Source: a virus
Taxonomy: Duplodnaviria; Caudoviricetes
Virus record (IMG/VR): IMGVR_UViG_3300036713_000486
Location: 1-51,276 of that record
DNA length: 51,276 nucleotides
Reading direction: 5' to 3' (one strand)
The first letter of the stretch is position 1, and each line of letters begins with the position of its first letter. Positions 9,534 to 19,601 of the stretch are shown piece after piece. Position numbers and translations under genes: made by a program. Below the pieces are notes generated by a model that ran no database searches, had not been told where the DNA came from, and was given only the letters and a program-made list of their open reading frames with translations.

Positions 9534-9793
9534 TGGGCGCCGGGGCTTTCAATCGACATCGGCAAACTCATAAACGACGCGTTGCTGAGCAAAAGGTAGC
9601 ACAGGAAGAGTTTGATACTCGACCGGCTTTAGTCCAGGAGCGTAAACCTCTTGCTGATGACGAATTCCCTATGGAGATTTCTTCAAAGGTCTCTAGAAAG
9701 AAGTTAACCGCTCCAAAGCCATTGCCCAAGCTACAGGAACTTCCAAAGATTCCAAAGGCTAAAGACTCTCCTTGGAGACGTGGCAAGAGATGA
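9533..9793 (+). CDS. Hypothetical basic protein (start reassigned to ATG 9533)
   Basis: TGATG coupling with the capsid stop. Confidence 0.6.
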   Translation: MGAGAFNRHRQTHKRRVAEQKVAQEEFDTRPALVQERKPLADDEFPMEISSKVSRKKLTAPKPLPKLQELPKIPKAKDSPWRRGKR

Positions 9794-10074
9794 GTGCAAC
9801 GATCGAGTCCGTGCGACGCTATTATCTTCTTAGGAAGTTTTCAGTCCTCGAATCCGATGACTTGTACGATATGGGCCAAACCTGGAGAGCAAAACAAGAG
9901 GCTGTCGCTGGGACAAGTCTACCCAGCGACTTTCCTCATCTATCTACCCTCCAGGCTGTGGGATACTCAACCAAGGAGGACCTAACAGGCGCTGACAGCG
10001 CTGAACTTGTAACAAATGCTGGCCTAAATACCGTAGAAGCTACTTCGGTTCTGGCAGCTTTGGAGGAACTCTAA
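9790..10074 (+). CDS. Hypothetical protein, possible HhH-like C-terminus
   Basis: ATGA overlap; LQAVGYST...LTGADSAEL...GL. Confidence 0.6.
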   Translation: MSATIESVRRYYLLRKFSVLESDDLYDMGQTWRAKQEAVAGTSLPSDFPHLSTLQAVGYSTKEDLTGADSAELVTNAGLNTVEATSVLAALEEL

Positions 10075-10430
10075 TGGGATACAATAAAGCAGACGGGCAA
10101 TATGCAGACACAAAAGATGTGACGCTGCAAGCTTCCGTCACTAAAACCGCTACATATACAGGATCTGCCGTTGAGGTTGGAGATAGAGGCGTAGGGAGAT
10201 TCCTCCTCACAGTTTCAGCCGCAAGTGGCACGACACCTACTTTAGACGTACTAATCCAGACGTCGTATGACAACTCCACATGGAGATCTGTTGCTTCATT
10301 CACCCAAGCAACGTCAACAACCACCGAACGCCTATCGTTCTCTGGGTTGGATCGATACGTTCGAGCTAAGGCTACCATCGGGGGAACCACGCCATCGTTC
10401 ACCTATTCTGTCGCCGGTGAGGCGGTATAA
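10074..10430 (+). CDS. Virion beta-sandwich protein (possible decoration)
   Basis: Thr/Ser-rich; paralogous to the N-terminus of 11316-12041. Confidence 0.6.
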   Translation: MGYNKADGQYADTKDVTLQASVTKTATYTGSAVEVGDRGVGRFLLTVSAASGTTPTLDVLIQTSYDNSTWRSVASFTQATSTTTERLSFSGLDRYVRAKATIGGTTPSFTYSVAGEAV

Positions 10431-10440
10431 GGACTAGACT

Positions 10441-11319
10441 ATGACAACTGATCATATGCAAAAGCATACTAGGCCCAGCGTAAATGCTCGTGCGGCCTCA
10501 ACGGCAAACGTGGCGGACCTTACCGCCGTTTCCACGACTCTCGACGGGGTTACTCTGGTTGAGGGAGATGTGATTCTCCTCAAGAACCAGACGGCTGCTG
10601 CTGAGAACGGGTTGTACCAGGTTGGAGTTGTTACCGCATCTTCCACGGCTCCTGTCACAAGGCATATCTCTCTTGAGCGAAGCAACCAGGCTGTCCCTGG
10701 ATTCACTGCTTTCGTCCGAGAAGGTACCATCAACGCTGGTAGCGAATTCTACCTAACGACCAGCTCAGTTACGCTTGATACGACATCTTTGGTATTCAAG
10801 AAGACGCCAAAACAGTTGTTTGCCCCCATTCATATGGGCGCCAACTGGCATGAGGTCGATGGAACCGCGCTTGCTGCATTCGCTGATGGCGCTTCGAATA
10901 CTCCTGGTCTAGCACTGGATAATAGTGAATGCGCAGGCATTAGGTGGAACAACGCCGCTGCACCAGACCCTATCTGCACGTCGGTCGCGCTACCTCCTGA
11001 TCTTGACAATTCGCAACCCCTTACGGTTCACATTTACGCATCTAAGAGCGGCGCTACAGAAGCTGATGCTACCACCTTCGATGTTGGGGCATTCTTCCAG
11101 GTTGTGGGCTCTCTACACGACGCAGACGCGAATGCTGGCGGCACGTCAAGTGCTATGACAGGAGATGCGACGGCGAAGACGGTCCAACACCTCACCCTTA
11201 CCATCGCCGCAGCGGATATCCCTTCAGCAAACGCTGGGATTACGCTTACTCTTCAGCCCACCGACGGGTCTATTGACACAGATGATGTAACCGTTTCACA
11301 AATGTGGATTGATCAATGA
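10441..11319 (+). CDS. Head decoration/fibre-like structural protein
   Basis: RAASTANV...TLDGVTL..GDVILLKNQT...ENGLY motif seen in virion fibre proteins. Confidence 0.65.
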   Translation: MTTDHMQKHTRPSVNARAASTANVADLTAVSTTLDGVTLVEGDVILLKNQTAAAENGLYQVGVVTASSTAPVTRHISLERSNQAVPGFTAFVREGTINAGSEFYLTTSSVTLDTTSLVFKKTPKQLFAPIHMGANWHEVDGTALAAFADGASNTPGLALDNSECAGIRWNNAAAPDPICTSVALPPDLDNSQPLTVHIYASKSGATEADATTFDVGAFFQVVGSLHDADANAGGTSSAMTGDATAKTVQHLTLTIAAADIPSANAGITLTLQPTDGSIDTDDVTVSQMWIDQ

Positions 11320-12041
11320 GCAACCCCATCGATGTAACCCTGCACGCCATGGGCTCAGAAACTGCCACTGGACAGGGTTCGTCGGTGGACCTTGTCTCAA
11401 CGCTTCGTACTACAGCCAGACTAGGGCTAAGTATCTTGGCTGTTTCTGGCACTGATACTCCGACTATGACGGTGACCATCCAAACAAGCCCAGATGGCAC
11501 AACGTGGCGGGACGCGATGGCTTTCCCGGCCATAACTTCCGTTGGGAAGACTTACCTTTTCCCAGGCAACCTGGACCAGTACATTCGGGCGAGTTGGGCA
11601 ATCACTGGCACAGATCCTTCATTCACATTTGCTTTGACTGGGCAGGGTCATGTGATCTACGCGGAACGTCAGGACCTAATAGATCTTGGGATTCCTGCCT
11701 CAGCTCTATCTAACGTCTCCTTGTCCGCGCAATACCGTGCACTTATCACAGCGTCTGGAGTGGCTGACGTTCACCTTAATCGAGTGTTTACTCTTCCTTT
11801 GAGCGAGTGGGGCGAGTCATTGCGAAGGATTGTTGCTGCCATTGCGGCGTTTGACCTTCGTAAAGTCAAAGGCTTCAAACCAGAGGGCACTGACCAGCTT
11901 ATAAAGTATTCTTACGAAGACTCCAACCTGTCACTGCGTATGTTAGAGGATAAAACTAAACCACCTGACATTGTAGACGCTACACCTGACACTTTTGACG
12001 CTGGAGTGATCGTCCACTCGTCGCCGTCCAGAGGTTGGTAA
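11316..12041 (+). CDS. Head-tail adaptor (Mu gp36/DUF1320-like) with an extra N-terminal domain
   Basis: C-half YAERQDL...LPLSEWGESLRRIVAAIAAFDL; ends RGW. Confidence 0.75.
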   Translation: MSNPIDVTLHAMGSETATGQGSSVDLVSTLRTTARLGLSILAVSGTDTPTMTVTIQTSPDGTTWRDAMAFPAITSVGKTYLFPGNLDQYIRASWAITGTDPSFTFALTGQGHVIYAERQDLIDLGIPASALSNVSLSAQYRALITASGVADVHLNRVFTLPLSEWGESLRRIVAAIAAFDLRKVKGFKPEGTDQLIKYSYEDSNLSLRMLEDKTKPPDIVDATPDTFDAGVIVHSSPSRGW

Positions 12042-12496
12042 TGATCAAGATCGAGTTTGATGGCCTTGATGAACTAATCCATGGTGTTGAGATGGTAGCG
12101 TCCAAAGCGATGGAAGAGACGTCGTCCGCCCTGTCGCAAAAGACTTTAGATTTAGCATTGGAGAGCTATTACGCAGAAGAAGATCCATACGGAAACATGT
12201 GGGATGATTGGAAAGTTTACCCATATCCTTCCATTAGTAGGTCACATGAAAAGCTAATGATAGATACTGGGGCATTGTTTGATTCTATTGATGTTGTAGA
12301 CGTAAACAGGCACGGCTTCCTACTTGGCTCATTCGGTGCCACTGGCTTCGATGGCAGAGGTCACGCTCACTTTCATCAATATGGAACATCAAAGATGGTA
12401 GCGCGCCAATTCCTCCCGGAAGACGGTTTGCCACCATTATGGTTCCCTATATACGTTGATGTTTTCGAGGACACTTTGAGGAGGATTATCTTTTGA
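12041..12496 (+). CDS. Virion morphogenesis protein (Mu gpG-like)
   Basis: DPYGNMW, LMIDTGALFDSI, FHQYGTSKMVARQFLP. Confidence 0.85.
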   Translation: MIKIEFDGLDELIHGVEMVASKAMEETSSALSQKTLDLALESYYAEEDPYGNMWDDWKVYPYPSISRSHEKLMIDTGALFDSIDVVDVNRHGFLLGSFGATGFDGRGHAHFHQYGTSKMVARQFLPEDGLPPLWFPIYVDVFEDTLRRIIF

Positions 12497-13182
12497 TCGA
12501 CCTAATTGTTACAGAAGTATCTGAAATGCTGTTGGCGCAGGATTCTTCTATAACGATACGTACCGGAGAGAAGTACATCCATGAGAATACCTCGGCACCA
12601 AGGCTTGTTTGGGTCTATGGAAACGAGACTCTAGGTCCTCCGAAGAAGATGAAAGACTCGAGCGGGATGCCAATAACCGCCTACTATACGCGTAATGCGA
12701 ATATTAATGGGCATATTTGGGGAATCAGTAGAGCACAAACAGAAGCTGTTTTACACAATGTAATCACCTCGATTCATCGTATTTTGCACGCGACTTCAAA
12801 GTTTGGGACAATTCTATGGCCTAAGGCTAGCAAGCATCTTGAGCAAGGAATGTACTGCATTCTGCCTTTAGAGGTATATATCCCAGTGCTTAGTGGATTT
12901 GTAACGCTCCCAACAGCCCAACCGCGTGTTCCTGAATATCCTGGAGGTATCCCGGCTGGAGCGCCTACTATAGATGGTTTCATCGTTGATCCTGACACTG
13001 GTCTTGAAGTTCCTCCGCCGTCACCTGGTGATAGTCCACCAGTGACAGAGGTTGCTATTAACCCAGAAGATTATCTATCAGCAGATGGTGACGCGATGGC
13101 GACTGTGACCGTTGTTGAGTCTGGTGCTGGGGCCAACGAAATAGTCCTCGAGCAGGAGGACGACTATTCACATCCATCCTGA
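12493..13182 (+). CDS. Putative tail terminator/neck protein with Pro/acidic tail
   Basis: Position between gpG-like gene and sheath; TTG start overlapping upstream stop. Confidence 0.5.
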   Translation: MIDLIVTEVSEMLLAQDSSITIRTGEKYIHENTSAPRLVWVYGNETLGPPKKMKDSSGMPITAYYTRNANINGHIWGISRAQTEAVLHNVITSIHRILHATSKFGTILWPKASKHLEQGMYCILPLEVYIPVLSGFVTLPTAQPRVPEYPGGIPAGAPTIDGFIVDPDTGLEVPPPSPGDSPPVTEVAINPEDYLSADGDAMATVTVVESGAGANEIVLEQEDDYSHPS

Positions 13183-13192
13183 CGAGGGCATA

Positions 13193-13459
13193 ATGTCCAA
13201 CGATAAAAAGAAGGCTGAAAAGCCTCATGAAAAAGAATTAGAAACGGATAATCCAGAAGTTATTCTGGCTCCAAAATTAGAGACGCAGCCTACGGTTTTA
13301 GCGGTAGAACAGTGGGCTAAGCTGGAACCCGTTGATGGTATTACGGCTGAAATGGTCTTGGCCCAAGGTCGGTGGGGGCAGGGTAAAGAAATCACAAAAT
13401 CACAATGGCTTTCCACAGCTAAAGCTGTTCTCGACACCCCTATTGGGTTCAAAAACTAG
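13193..13459 (+). CDS. Hypothetical protein before sheath
   Basis: RBS GAGG; small gene preceding the sheath. Confidence 0.6.
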   Translation: MSNDKKKAEKPHEKELETDNPEVILAPKLETQPTVLAVEQWAKLEPVDGITAEMVLAQGRWGQGKEITKSQWLSTAKAVLDTPIGFKN

Positions 13460-13468
13460 GAGCGGAAA

Positions 13469-15226
13469 ATGACCGTACCGAATAGAAACTTTACCATCCT
13501 TGACGGAGGTAACGGTGTTTCCGTAACCTCAAGTGTCGTTCGCGCGCTAATTGGAACGGCGTCTACTGGAAGCGTTGACGCGCCAAGTTCCCACACATCA
13601 CCAGATGAGATAGCAGAGATCTACGGATACGGTCCGTTGGTTGATGCCGCACAGTATGAACTTGAGAACAGTGGAGGCACGATTATTTGTGTCCGAACTG
13701 AAGACACTGTTGCTGGAACAGTTACCGAAGGTAAGCACGATCAAGCTTCAACTTCTACTGGTGACTGCAATGCATCTGGCACGCCCAATAACAAATACAG
13801 GGTTTGCGTAGAGATTCTTTCCACAGGGATGGGAACAGTTGCTACATTCAGATATTCGTTGGACGCTGGTCCTGACGATCCAGATGATGAGTATAAAACT
13901 TGGTCCCTCCCAATCACTGTGCCAGACACATCTGGCGCAGGCACGTACGAGATCCCAAACACTGGCATAACCTTGACGTTCGCTGACGCAGGTTCACCGG
14001 CTGCCACAGACTTTACCGATGGTGACAAGTTCTACTGGAGCACATCTGCTCCTGGATACGCACTGGCAGATCTTCAAGATTCGCTTGATGCTGTGCAAAC
14101 GTACATTGCCACTTTAGGGGCTAACGCGAAGTGCGAGTGGGTTGAGGTTGTTGGAGAGGTTACCGCAGCGATTGCTATTGGTGCATATGGCAAGATGGCT
14201 ACTCAGGAAGCTGCGAAACAGTTTAGGTTTGTCATCTGTCAAGCTGCCGACGTCGATTCAATTACATCAGTTACCAAATTAGATTCTGGTGACATTGACG
14301 TGTCAGTCGCTGGTATTCCACAAGGTTCCTACTCTGTTGTTATTGCTATCACAACTCTAGGGGCATTGGGTACTATGGCCTTCACATACTCACTAGATGG
14401 AGGCAAAACTACCAGCTCACCTGTTACGTCTGAAGTTGGTGGGCTATATACCATCCCTGGCACTGGCCTTCAATTGACATTTTCGGCTGGTTCATACACC
14501 ACTAGCATGGGTTATTCGTTCCAAACAATGGACAATGCCACAAATAGAGCGGCGTGGCAAACTGACCTGATTTCAGCCTACTCAAGCGCAAAGAGTACAC
14601 GTCTTGTGGTTTGCGCCGGCTTCGGTGAAGCAATCCATCCCGATGGGAAGATTAGACGAACTCCGTTGGCTTGGGGGGCAAGTTCGTTGCTTGCAAAGGT
14701 GTCGATGTCTACTGACATAGGACAAATCCAAGATGCTGGCCCTCTGCCAGGGTTCATCAATATCTCTCACAATGAGGAACTTAATCCAGGACTTGATGAC
14801 GCTGGATTCCTCACTGCTCGAACCTGGACGGGGTATGGTGGCGTCTATATCAACCAGCCTCGCGTTATGTGTCCGGTTGGCTCAGACTACGACCTCATTC
14901 AATATAGGCGTGTTATGGATGAAGCCTGTCGAATCCTTGACAGGGAACTCGTTCTAACCCTCAACAGAAAGATCCGTGTAGATTCTGTCACTGGCTTCAT
15001 TGATGAACGTGATGCCGTGTCTCTAGATCAACGGTTCACTACTCAAGTTGGTTACGCGGTGGTCACCCCAGGCCACGCCGGAAGTGTAGAGGTACGTGTT
15101 CGCCGCAATGAAAACCTGTTGTCCACGCGCTTGGCCACTGTGGACATGGCGATCATCGGTATGGCCTACCTAAAAACCCTTAACGCCAACGTCGGGTACA
15201 AAAACCCCGCGCTTGTGACAGTTTAA
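13469..15226 (+). CDS. Tail sheath protein (DUF2586-like)
   Basis: ILDGGNG, YGYGPLV, LDDAGFLTART..GYGGVYI, GSDY..IQYRRVMDEACR. Confidence 0.88.
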   Translation: MTVPNRNFTILDGGNGVSVTSSVVRALIGTASTGSVDAPSSHTSPDEIAEIYGYGPLVDAAQYELENSGGTIICVRTEDTVAGTVTEGKHDQASTSTGDCNASGTPNNKYRVCVEILSTGMGTVATFRYSLDAGPDDPDDEYKTWSLPITVPDTSGAGTYEIPNTGITLTFADAGSPAATDFTDGDKFYWSTSAPGYALADLQDSLDAVQTYIATLGANAKCEWVEVVGEVTAAIAIGAYGKMATQEAAKQFRFVICQAADVDSITSVTKLDSGDIDVSVAGIPQGSYSVVIAITTLGALGTMAFTYSLDGGKTTSSPVTSEVGGLYTIPGTGLQLTFSAGSYTTSMGYSFQTMDNATNRAAWQTDLISAYSSAKSTRLVVCAGFGEAIHPDGKIRRTPLAWGASSLLAKVSMSTDIGQIQDAGPLPGFINISHNEELNPGLDDAGFLTARTWTGYGGVYINQPRVMCPVGSDYDLIQYRRVMDEACRILDRELVLTLNRKIRVDSVTGFIDERDAVSLDQRFTTQVGYAVVTPGHAGSVEVRVRRNENLLSTRLATVDMAIIGMAYLKTLNANVGYKNPALVTV

Positions 15227-15238
15227 TAGGAGGCCACT

Positions 15239-15682
15239 ATGGCTGATCAACCAAGAGTCAACGGGATTGACTACGACTATGCGTCAATAGAAATCCAGTT
15301 GGATGGAGCTTTGTTTATCTCCATTCAAGACATTTCTTACAAACATGGATGTAAACCAGGGTACAGCCGTGGTACGCACCCACAAGCTCTCGGCCGAACA
15401 ACTGGCGAATATGAGGCGACTGGGTCAATGACCCTGTCAAAGTCCGCAGCAACCGAGCTGCACCAGCAACTTGGCAGCGGGTATATGACCAAACAGTTTG
15501 ATATTGTGGTCACTTACGCGCCGCCTGGGCAGGACATGATCACTGATAGGCTGCTTGGTGTCCGCATCACGGACGAAGACAATTCACATTCAAGCGGTAC
15601 GGACGGCCTATCTGTGTCCATTGAACTCGACATCCGCCGTCTACAATTGGACGGGATGGATCCGATTCCGAACATGTTCTGA
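15239..15682 (+). CDS. Tail tube protein
   Basis: Follows sheath; VNGIDYDYASIEI, LGRTTGEYEATGS, FDIVVTY. Confidence 0.85.
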   Translation: MADQPRVNGIDYDYASIEIQLDGALFISIQDISYKHGCKPGYSRGTHPQALGRTTGEYEATGSMTLSKSAATELHQQLGSGYMTKQFDIVVTYAPPGQDMITDRLLGVRITDEDNSHSSGTDGLSVSIELDIRRLQLDGMDPIPNMF

Positions 15683-15694
15683 AAGTACCTGTGG

Positions 15695-15719
15695 CCGGCC
15701 ATACATTGTGTATGGCCGG
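15695..15719 (+). promoter_or_regulatory. Perfect intergenic hairpin
   Basis: CCGGCCATACA-TTG-TGTATGGCCGG; no U-tract follows. Confidence 0.55.
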
Positions 15720-15746
15720 TGTCTCATGGTAGGGAGGTAACGTTTC

Positions 15747-16103
15747 ATGTCTAAAAAAATCGAACCGATCAGCGAAAAAGAATACGACGAACTTGTTGAG
15801 AAGCACGGACAATTGTTCGAGGTTGAAACTTCCCTTGGTAAGGTATATGTGCGACGTGCAACCAAGCACGAATTCCGCCGTTGCGTCAAGAAGTTGAGAG
15901 ATGGCAACCTTGAAGGCCAGGATCAGCTTTGCGTCGATTGCGCGTTGTACCCTAACAGTTCGACCATGTCTAAAATGTTTGACATATATCCAGCGCTGTC
16001 GGCTCCAATCGCTGAAGTGCTCACCGCAATCGCCCAGGGGGACGAGGAGAGTGCCGCAAAAAAACCGTCAAGCTTTACGAACTCGGACGTCGTAACGGAA
16101 TAG
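15747..16103 (+). CDS. Tail assembly chaperone (G)
   Basis: Between tube and tape measure; contains a slippery A7 run. Confidence 0.8.
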   Translation: MSKKIEPISEKEYDELVEKHGQLFEVETSLGKVYVRRATKHEFRRCVKKLRDGNLEGQDQLCVDCALYPNSSTMSKMFDIYPALSAPIAEVLTAIAQGDEESAAKKPSSFTNSDVVTE

Positions 16104-16231
16104 TCGCATTGGAAAACTTGATGGCATTCCGTGATGGTGACGACTCAGATGAGGCCAGGGCTGGTGCCTTGGCTATTGTAAACGCGATGGGCTACATCGA
16201 AGTCTTAGCAAAGTGCTGGGGGGCCAAGTAA
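16056..16231 (+). other. -1 programmed frameshift site and G-T extension
   Basis: GCA AAA AAA at 16056-16064; the -1 frame reads KKTVKLYELGRR...CWGAK* and its stop overlaps the tape measure ATG. Confidence 0.8.
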
Positions 16232-18840
16232 TGGCAGACGTCACCGTCCGGTTTGTCCTCGACGACAAGGTATCTGATCCAGCCCAAAAAATTGCCAAAC
16301 GCCTTCAGGAAATAGCTGGGATTTCAGGAGATGGAAAAAGAAATGTAGGCGGGCTGAAGGCGCAAAAACGCTCTATGGAGAGCATTATAAATACCGGACA
16401 CAAGTTGATCGGTATAATAAATGGAACTGGTGAGGCATATCGTAACCTCAAGAGTGCGTATGGAGCCATAGACAAACTCGCTGGCAAATTCAAGAACCTG
16501 TTCTCGATACGTAAGAAACTTGCTAATGTGGGTGGCGGCGGTGGGGACCTGAATGTCAAAGTGAATAACAAGAGGGGGATTTTTGCTGGCCTCCTAGACA
16601 CGGGTTACAAGGTTATAAATATCGTAAATGGTATTGGCCAAGCTTTGAATTCGCTTAGAGACAACTTTAGAGCTATTGATAGGTTCAAAAACAGTGAGGT
16701 ATTCGAAATACTATTTGGCAAAGGAACCAGAAGAAGGCAAGCTTTTAATTTGGTCCATGGGGAATCTCGACGCAGGCACGAGTTCGCTGTTGCTAACCGC
16801 CAATATGCTAGGTACAGAGATTTAGGGAGGACTCATGAGGAAGCGGAAGCGCAAATACGAAAGAATAGATCGAAGGCGGAAATTACACTTGAGGCAGCGA
16901 AAGCAAAGAAGCTTGAGAGGCTTGCAAAGAAAACAACTGCTCGTACACATCGACTAACTCAAGGCACATCTTCTGTGTCGTCTATTGCAAATAGAGGGTC
17001 TGCCAATGTTGTGCAGAATTTAGAAAAAGGCGTGACTAGCACGTTCTCCAAATCTTTACCACAAGCCATCAAGATTGGGGTCATCGTTGGCGTGAACAAA
17101 TATCTACCTCCAGCGATGGCTGATGGCCTAAAAAAGGGAACAGCTAAATATGGTTCATATGCAAAGCGTGGGATAGGCTCCGCCTTTATTGGGCAGGTCA
17201 GGAATATTCGTAACGACCCTAAAGCTGGCATTGCTAAAGCCCAAGCGAATCTTTCAGAAAAATTATATGCGACAAAGATGGGAATGGGCGACGCGGGTTA
17301 TGGCATGGCTGGGCTAGTTGGCGCTGGTGCGGCCATCACTGGTCTCACCGTCGCGGCTGTTGCCCTTTTAGCCATATTCCTAAAATTGGCTAGCGTAGCG
17401 CTCAGACTTGGACAACGTCTTGTTACTTCGTTTTCTAAAGCAGCTCTGTCCGCTGGCATGTTCAAAGAAGATACGATGATAGCGTTAGAGGTTGCGCTAA
17501 AATCAAAAACCAAAGCCGACGCTGTCTTCAAGGAGGCGGCGGGGATGGCTGGCGACACACCATTTTCTACCAAACAAGTAACGACTGCCTATAAGGATTT
17601 GCTTGGGTACGGATTCAAAGCTGCCGAACTTAAGCGAACCTTTATTGCCATCGGCGACATGGCCTCGTACAAGTCAGACGCAACGTTGATAAAACGACTA
17701 AGCCTAACGTTGGGGCAGATCAAAGGTAAGGGCAAGTTGCAAAGCGAAGAACTTATGCAACTAGCGGAAGCTGGGTTAGCTAGTTCTTCTGTGTACGAGC
17801 AATTAGCGAAAACGCTAGGCAAAACAACCGACGAAGTTCAAAAATTGGTGACAGCCGGCAAGATCTCCTCAGACGTTGGTGTTGAAGCTATTCTGGCTGC
17901 TGTTGAGGGGAAAATGGGTGGTACTATGGCAAAGAAAGCGAAAGCGCTTTCTGGCCTAATGTCCACGCTAGGATCAAGGCCTGGTGAACTTTTCACCGCA
18001 ACCTTTACAGATGGCTCTGCGATGTCTGGCGCGTATGCCAACATAAAGGGATTTATAGGGTTCCTAAACGATGCCCTTCACCCTAATTCTGAGACTGGTA
18101 AGCGGATTGTTGGCATCTTCAATTTGTTTGGTGATGCGCTTGGAGAGATTTTTAATCTCGCGAGTACAGACGATATGGCAGGGTTGTTTGACAAGATCCT
18201 TACTCAAGGCGAAAAACTCACAAAGATGTTTAAGCCCTTCATGGGAGGATTCATGAAAGGGTTGCGTGGATCATTCGACGAAGTGTCTGAGCTACTGGAC
18301 GCATTCTTTGGAGGCGAGACAAACAACCCGGAACAAATGGCGACTGCAATGCGGGATTTTGGCGAAGCAGCCGGCAAAACAGCAGGGGATCTAGGCAAGA
18401 TAATAGCTGCTGGTGTGCTGGTAGCTGGGGTCATCCTAGCCGTAGGTTCGGCGATGACGGTAGCGGCTGACTCCGGCGTCCGAACGCTAACGAATGAATT
18501 TGCAGCGCTATACACTATGGTTCTGGCGGTTGTCCAAGTATTAGATAGGCTAAAAAGCGTTGGACAGACGACAGCAGACACTACTGGCGGAGTGTTCGGC
18601 GACAAGTCAGACCAGTTAGATTTTAGCAACACAAGATTCAAATCGTTTGGGAGCAACGTCGCGACCAATATGAGTACACCTACCGTTCGAAATCAAGATA
18701 TCCCTAGTTCCGCATCCGCTTCGGCAGGCTCTGGGCACAGGTCATTTGTTTTGAACGTATCAGGTGCAGGCTTGACGCCTGACGAGCTAATGGCTCGTGC
18801 GAGGGCTGAGTTCTCACGAATGCTTGAGGAAGCACTATGA
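16231..18840 (+). CDS. Tape measure protein (start reassigned to ATG 16231)
   Basis: TPFSTKQV...LGQIKGKGKLQSEELMQLAEAG motif; Ala/Gly-rich with hydrophobic segments. Confidence 0.92.
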   Translation: MADVTVRFVLDDKVSDPAQKIAKRLQEIAGISGDGKRNVGGLKAQKRSMESIINTGHKLIGIINGTGEAYRNLKSAYGAIDKLAGKFKNLFSIRKKLANVGGGGGDLNVKVNNKRGIFAGLLDTGYKVINIVNGIGQALNSLRDNFRAIDRFKNSEVFEILFGKGTRRRQAFNLVHGESRRRHEFAVANRQYARYRDLGRTHEEAEAQIRKNRSKAEITLEAAKAKKLERLAKKTTARTHRLTQGTSSVSSIANRGSANVVQNLEKGVTSTFSKSLPQAIKIGVIVGVNKYLPPAMADGLKKGTAKYGSYAKRGIGSAFIGQVRNIRNDPKAGIAKAQANLSEKLYATKMGMGDAGYGMAGLVGAGAAITGLTVAAVALLAIFLKLASVALRLGQRLVTSFSKAALSAGMFKEDTMIALEVALKSKTKADAVFKEAAGMAGDTPFSTKQVTTAYKDLLGYGFKAAELKRTFIAIGDMASYKSDATLIKRLSLTLGQIKGKGKLQSEELMQLAEAGLASSSVYEQLAKTLGKTTDEVQKLVTAGKISSDVGVEAILAAVEGKMGGTMAKKAKALSGLMSTLGSRPGELFTATFTDGSAMSGAYANIKGFIGFLNDALHPNSETGKRIVGIFNLFGDALGEIFNLASTDDMAGLFDKILTQGEKLTKMFKPFMGGFMKGLRGSFDEVSELLDAFFGGETNNPEQMATAMRDFGEAAGKTAGDLGKIIAAGVLVAGVILAVGSAMTVAADSGVRTLTNEFAALYTMVLAVVQVLDRLKSVGQTTADTTGGVFGDKSDQLDFSNTRFKSFGSNVATNMSTPTVRNQDIPSSASASAGSGHRSFVLNVSGAGLTPDELMARARAEFSRMLEEAL

Positions 18841-19601
18841 GCTTCAGTAATACTTTTGGCTCGTGGCCTGGTAATGGTGAAGGTTCGACGCCGCTCCATA
18901 GTCCTAGCGACCAAGGCAGTCAAGCTATTGTTGAGACTGATGGAGGAATCCCATTTTGGACAGACGCTCCTGATCTTTGGGATGTTATAACGATTGCAGG
19001 GTTTACTTTTCCAGGTGTCGCCAATGTTGGAGGTGAACCCAAGCGTAAGTTAGATAAGAAGAACGCGAAAGGGTCGAACAGTCGAACAATTACAGATGAT
19101 GGAATGGATGGAACTGACATTGAGATCATAATTAGAATCTGGACAAGGGAACAATGGGAAAACTATCAGTTAGCTCTGCCTTTTATTGATCCTAATCAGC
19201 AGAAGGGTAAGCTTAAACCTGTTGACATTGTTCACCCTTCTCTGAAGCTTCACAGAATCAAGTCAATGTACATCGAATCAATGACGCTGCCAACGTCGAC
19301 TAACATTCCTCAGTTGCGTGAAATTAGGATCAAAGCAACCTCTTGGGCACCGCCTCCCAAAGTTCCGAAAAAGTCCAAGTCTTCAACACCTAGTTCTAGC
19401 GAAAACAGTGGAGATCCTGGAGGTATTGCCAGGAAAGGTCTCGGAGAAACTGGAGCCGAGCAAGAGGCTGATTACGACACAATTAAGGAAAATTCGCAAG
19501 ACATCATGGACGCTGCTGTTATCGATAAAGAGTACAACGAATGGATTACTGAGCAACAAGATCACTACGGACCAAATTGGGAGCCAGGGGACGATCCCTG
19601 A
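18837..19601 (+). CDS. Tail tube initiator/baseplate hub-associated protein
   Basis: Position directly after the tape measure; DIVHPSL motif. Confidence 0.55.
   Translation: MSFSNTFGSWPGNGEGSTPLHSPSDQGSQAIVETDGGIPFWTDAPDLWDVITIAGFTFPGVANVGGEPKRKLDKKNAKGSNSRTITDDGMDGTDIEIIIRIWTREQWENYQLALPFIDPNQQKGKLKPVDIVHPSLKLHRIKSMYIESMTLPTSTNIPQLREIRIKATSWAPPPKVPKKSKSSTPSSSENSGDPGGIARKGLGETGAEQEADYDTIKENSQDIMDAAVIDKEYNEWITEQQDHYGPNWEPGDDP

Noticed and set aside
15901-16095. +1-frame ORF as the chaperone frameshift product
   Set aside because: It stops before the 0-frame stop; the -1 frame is the one that fills the gap
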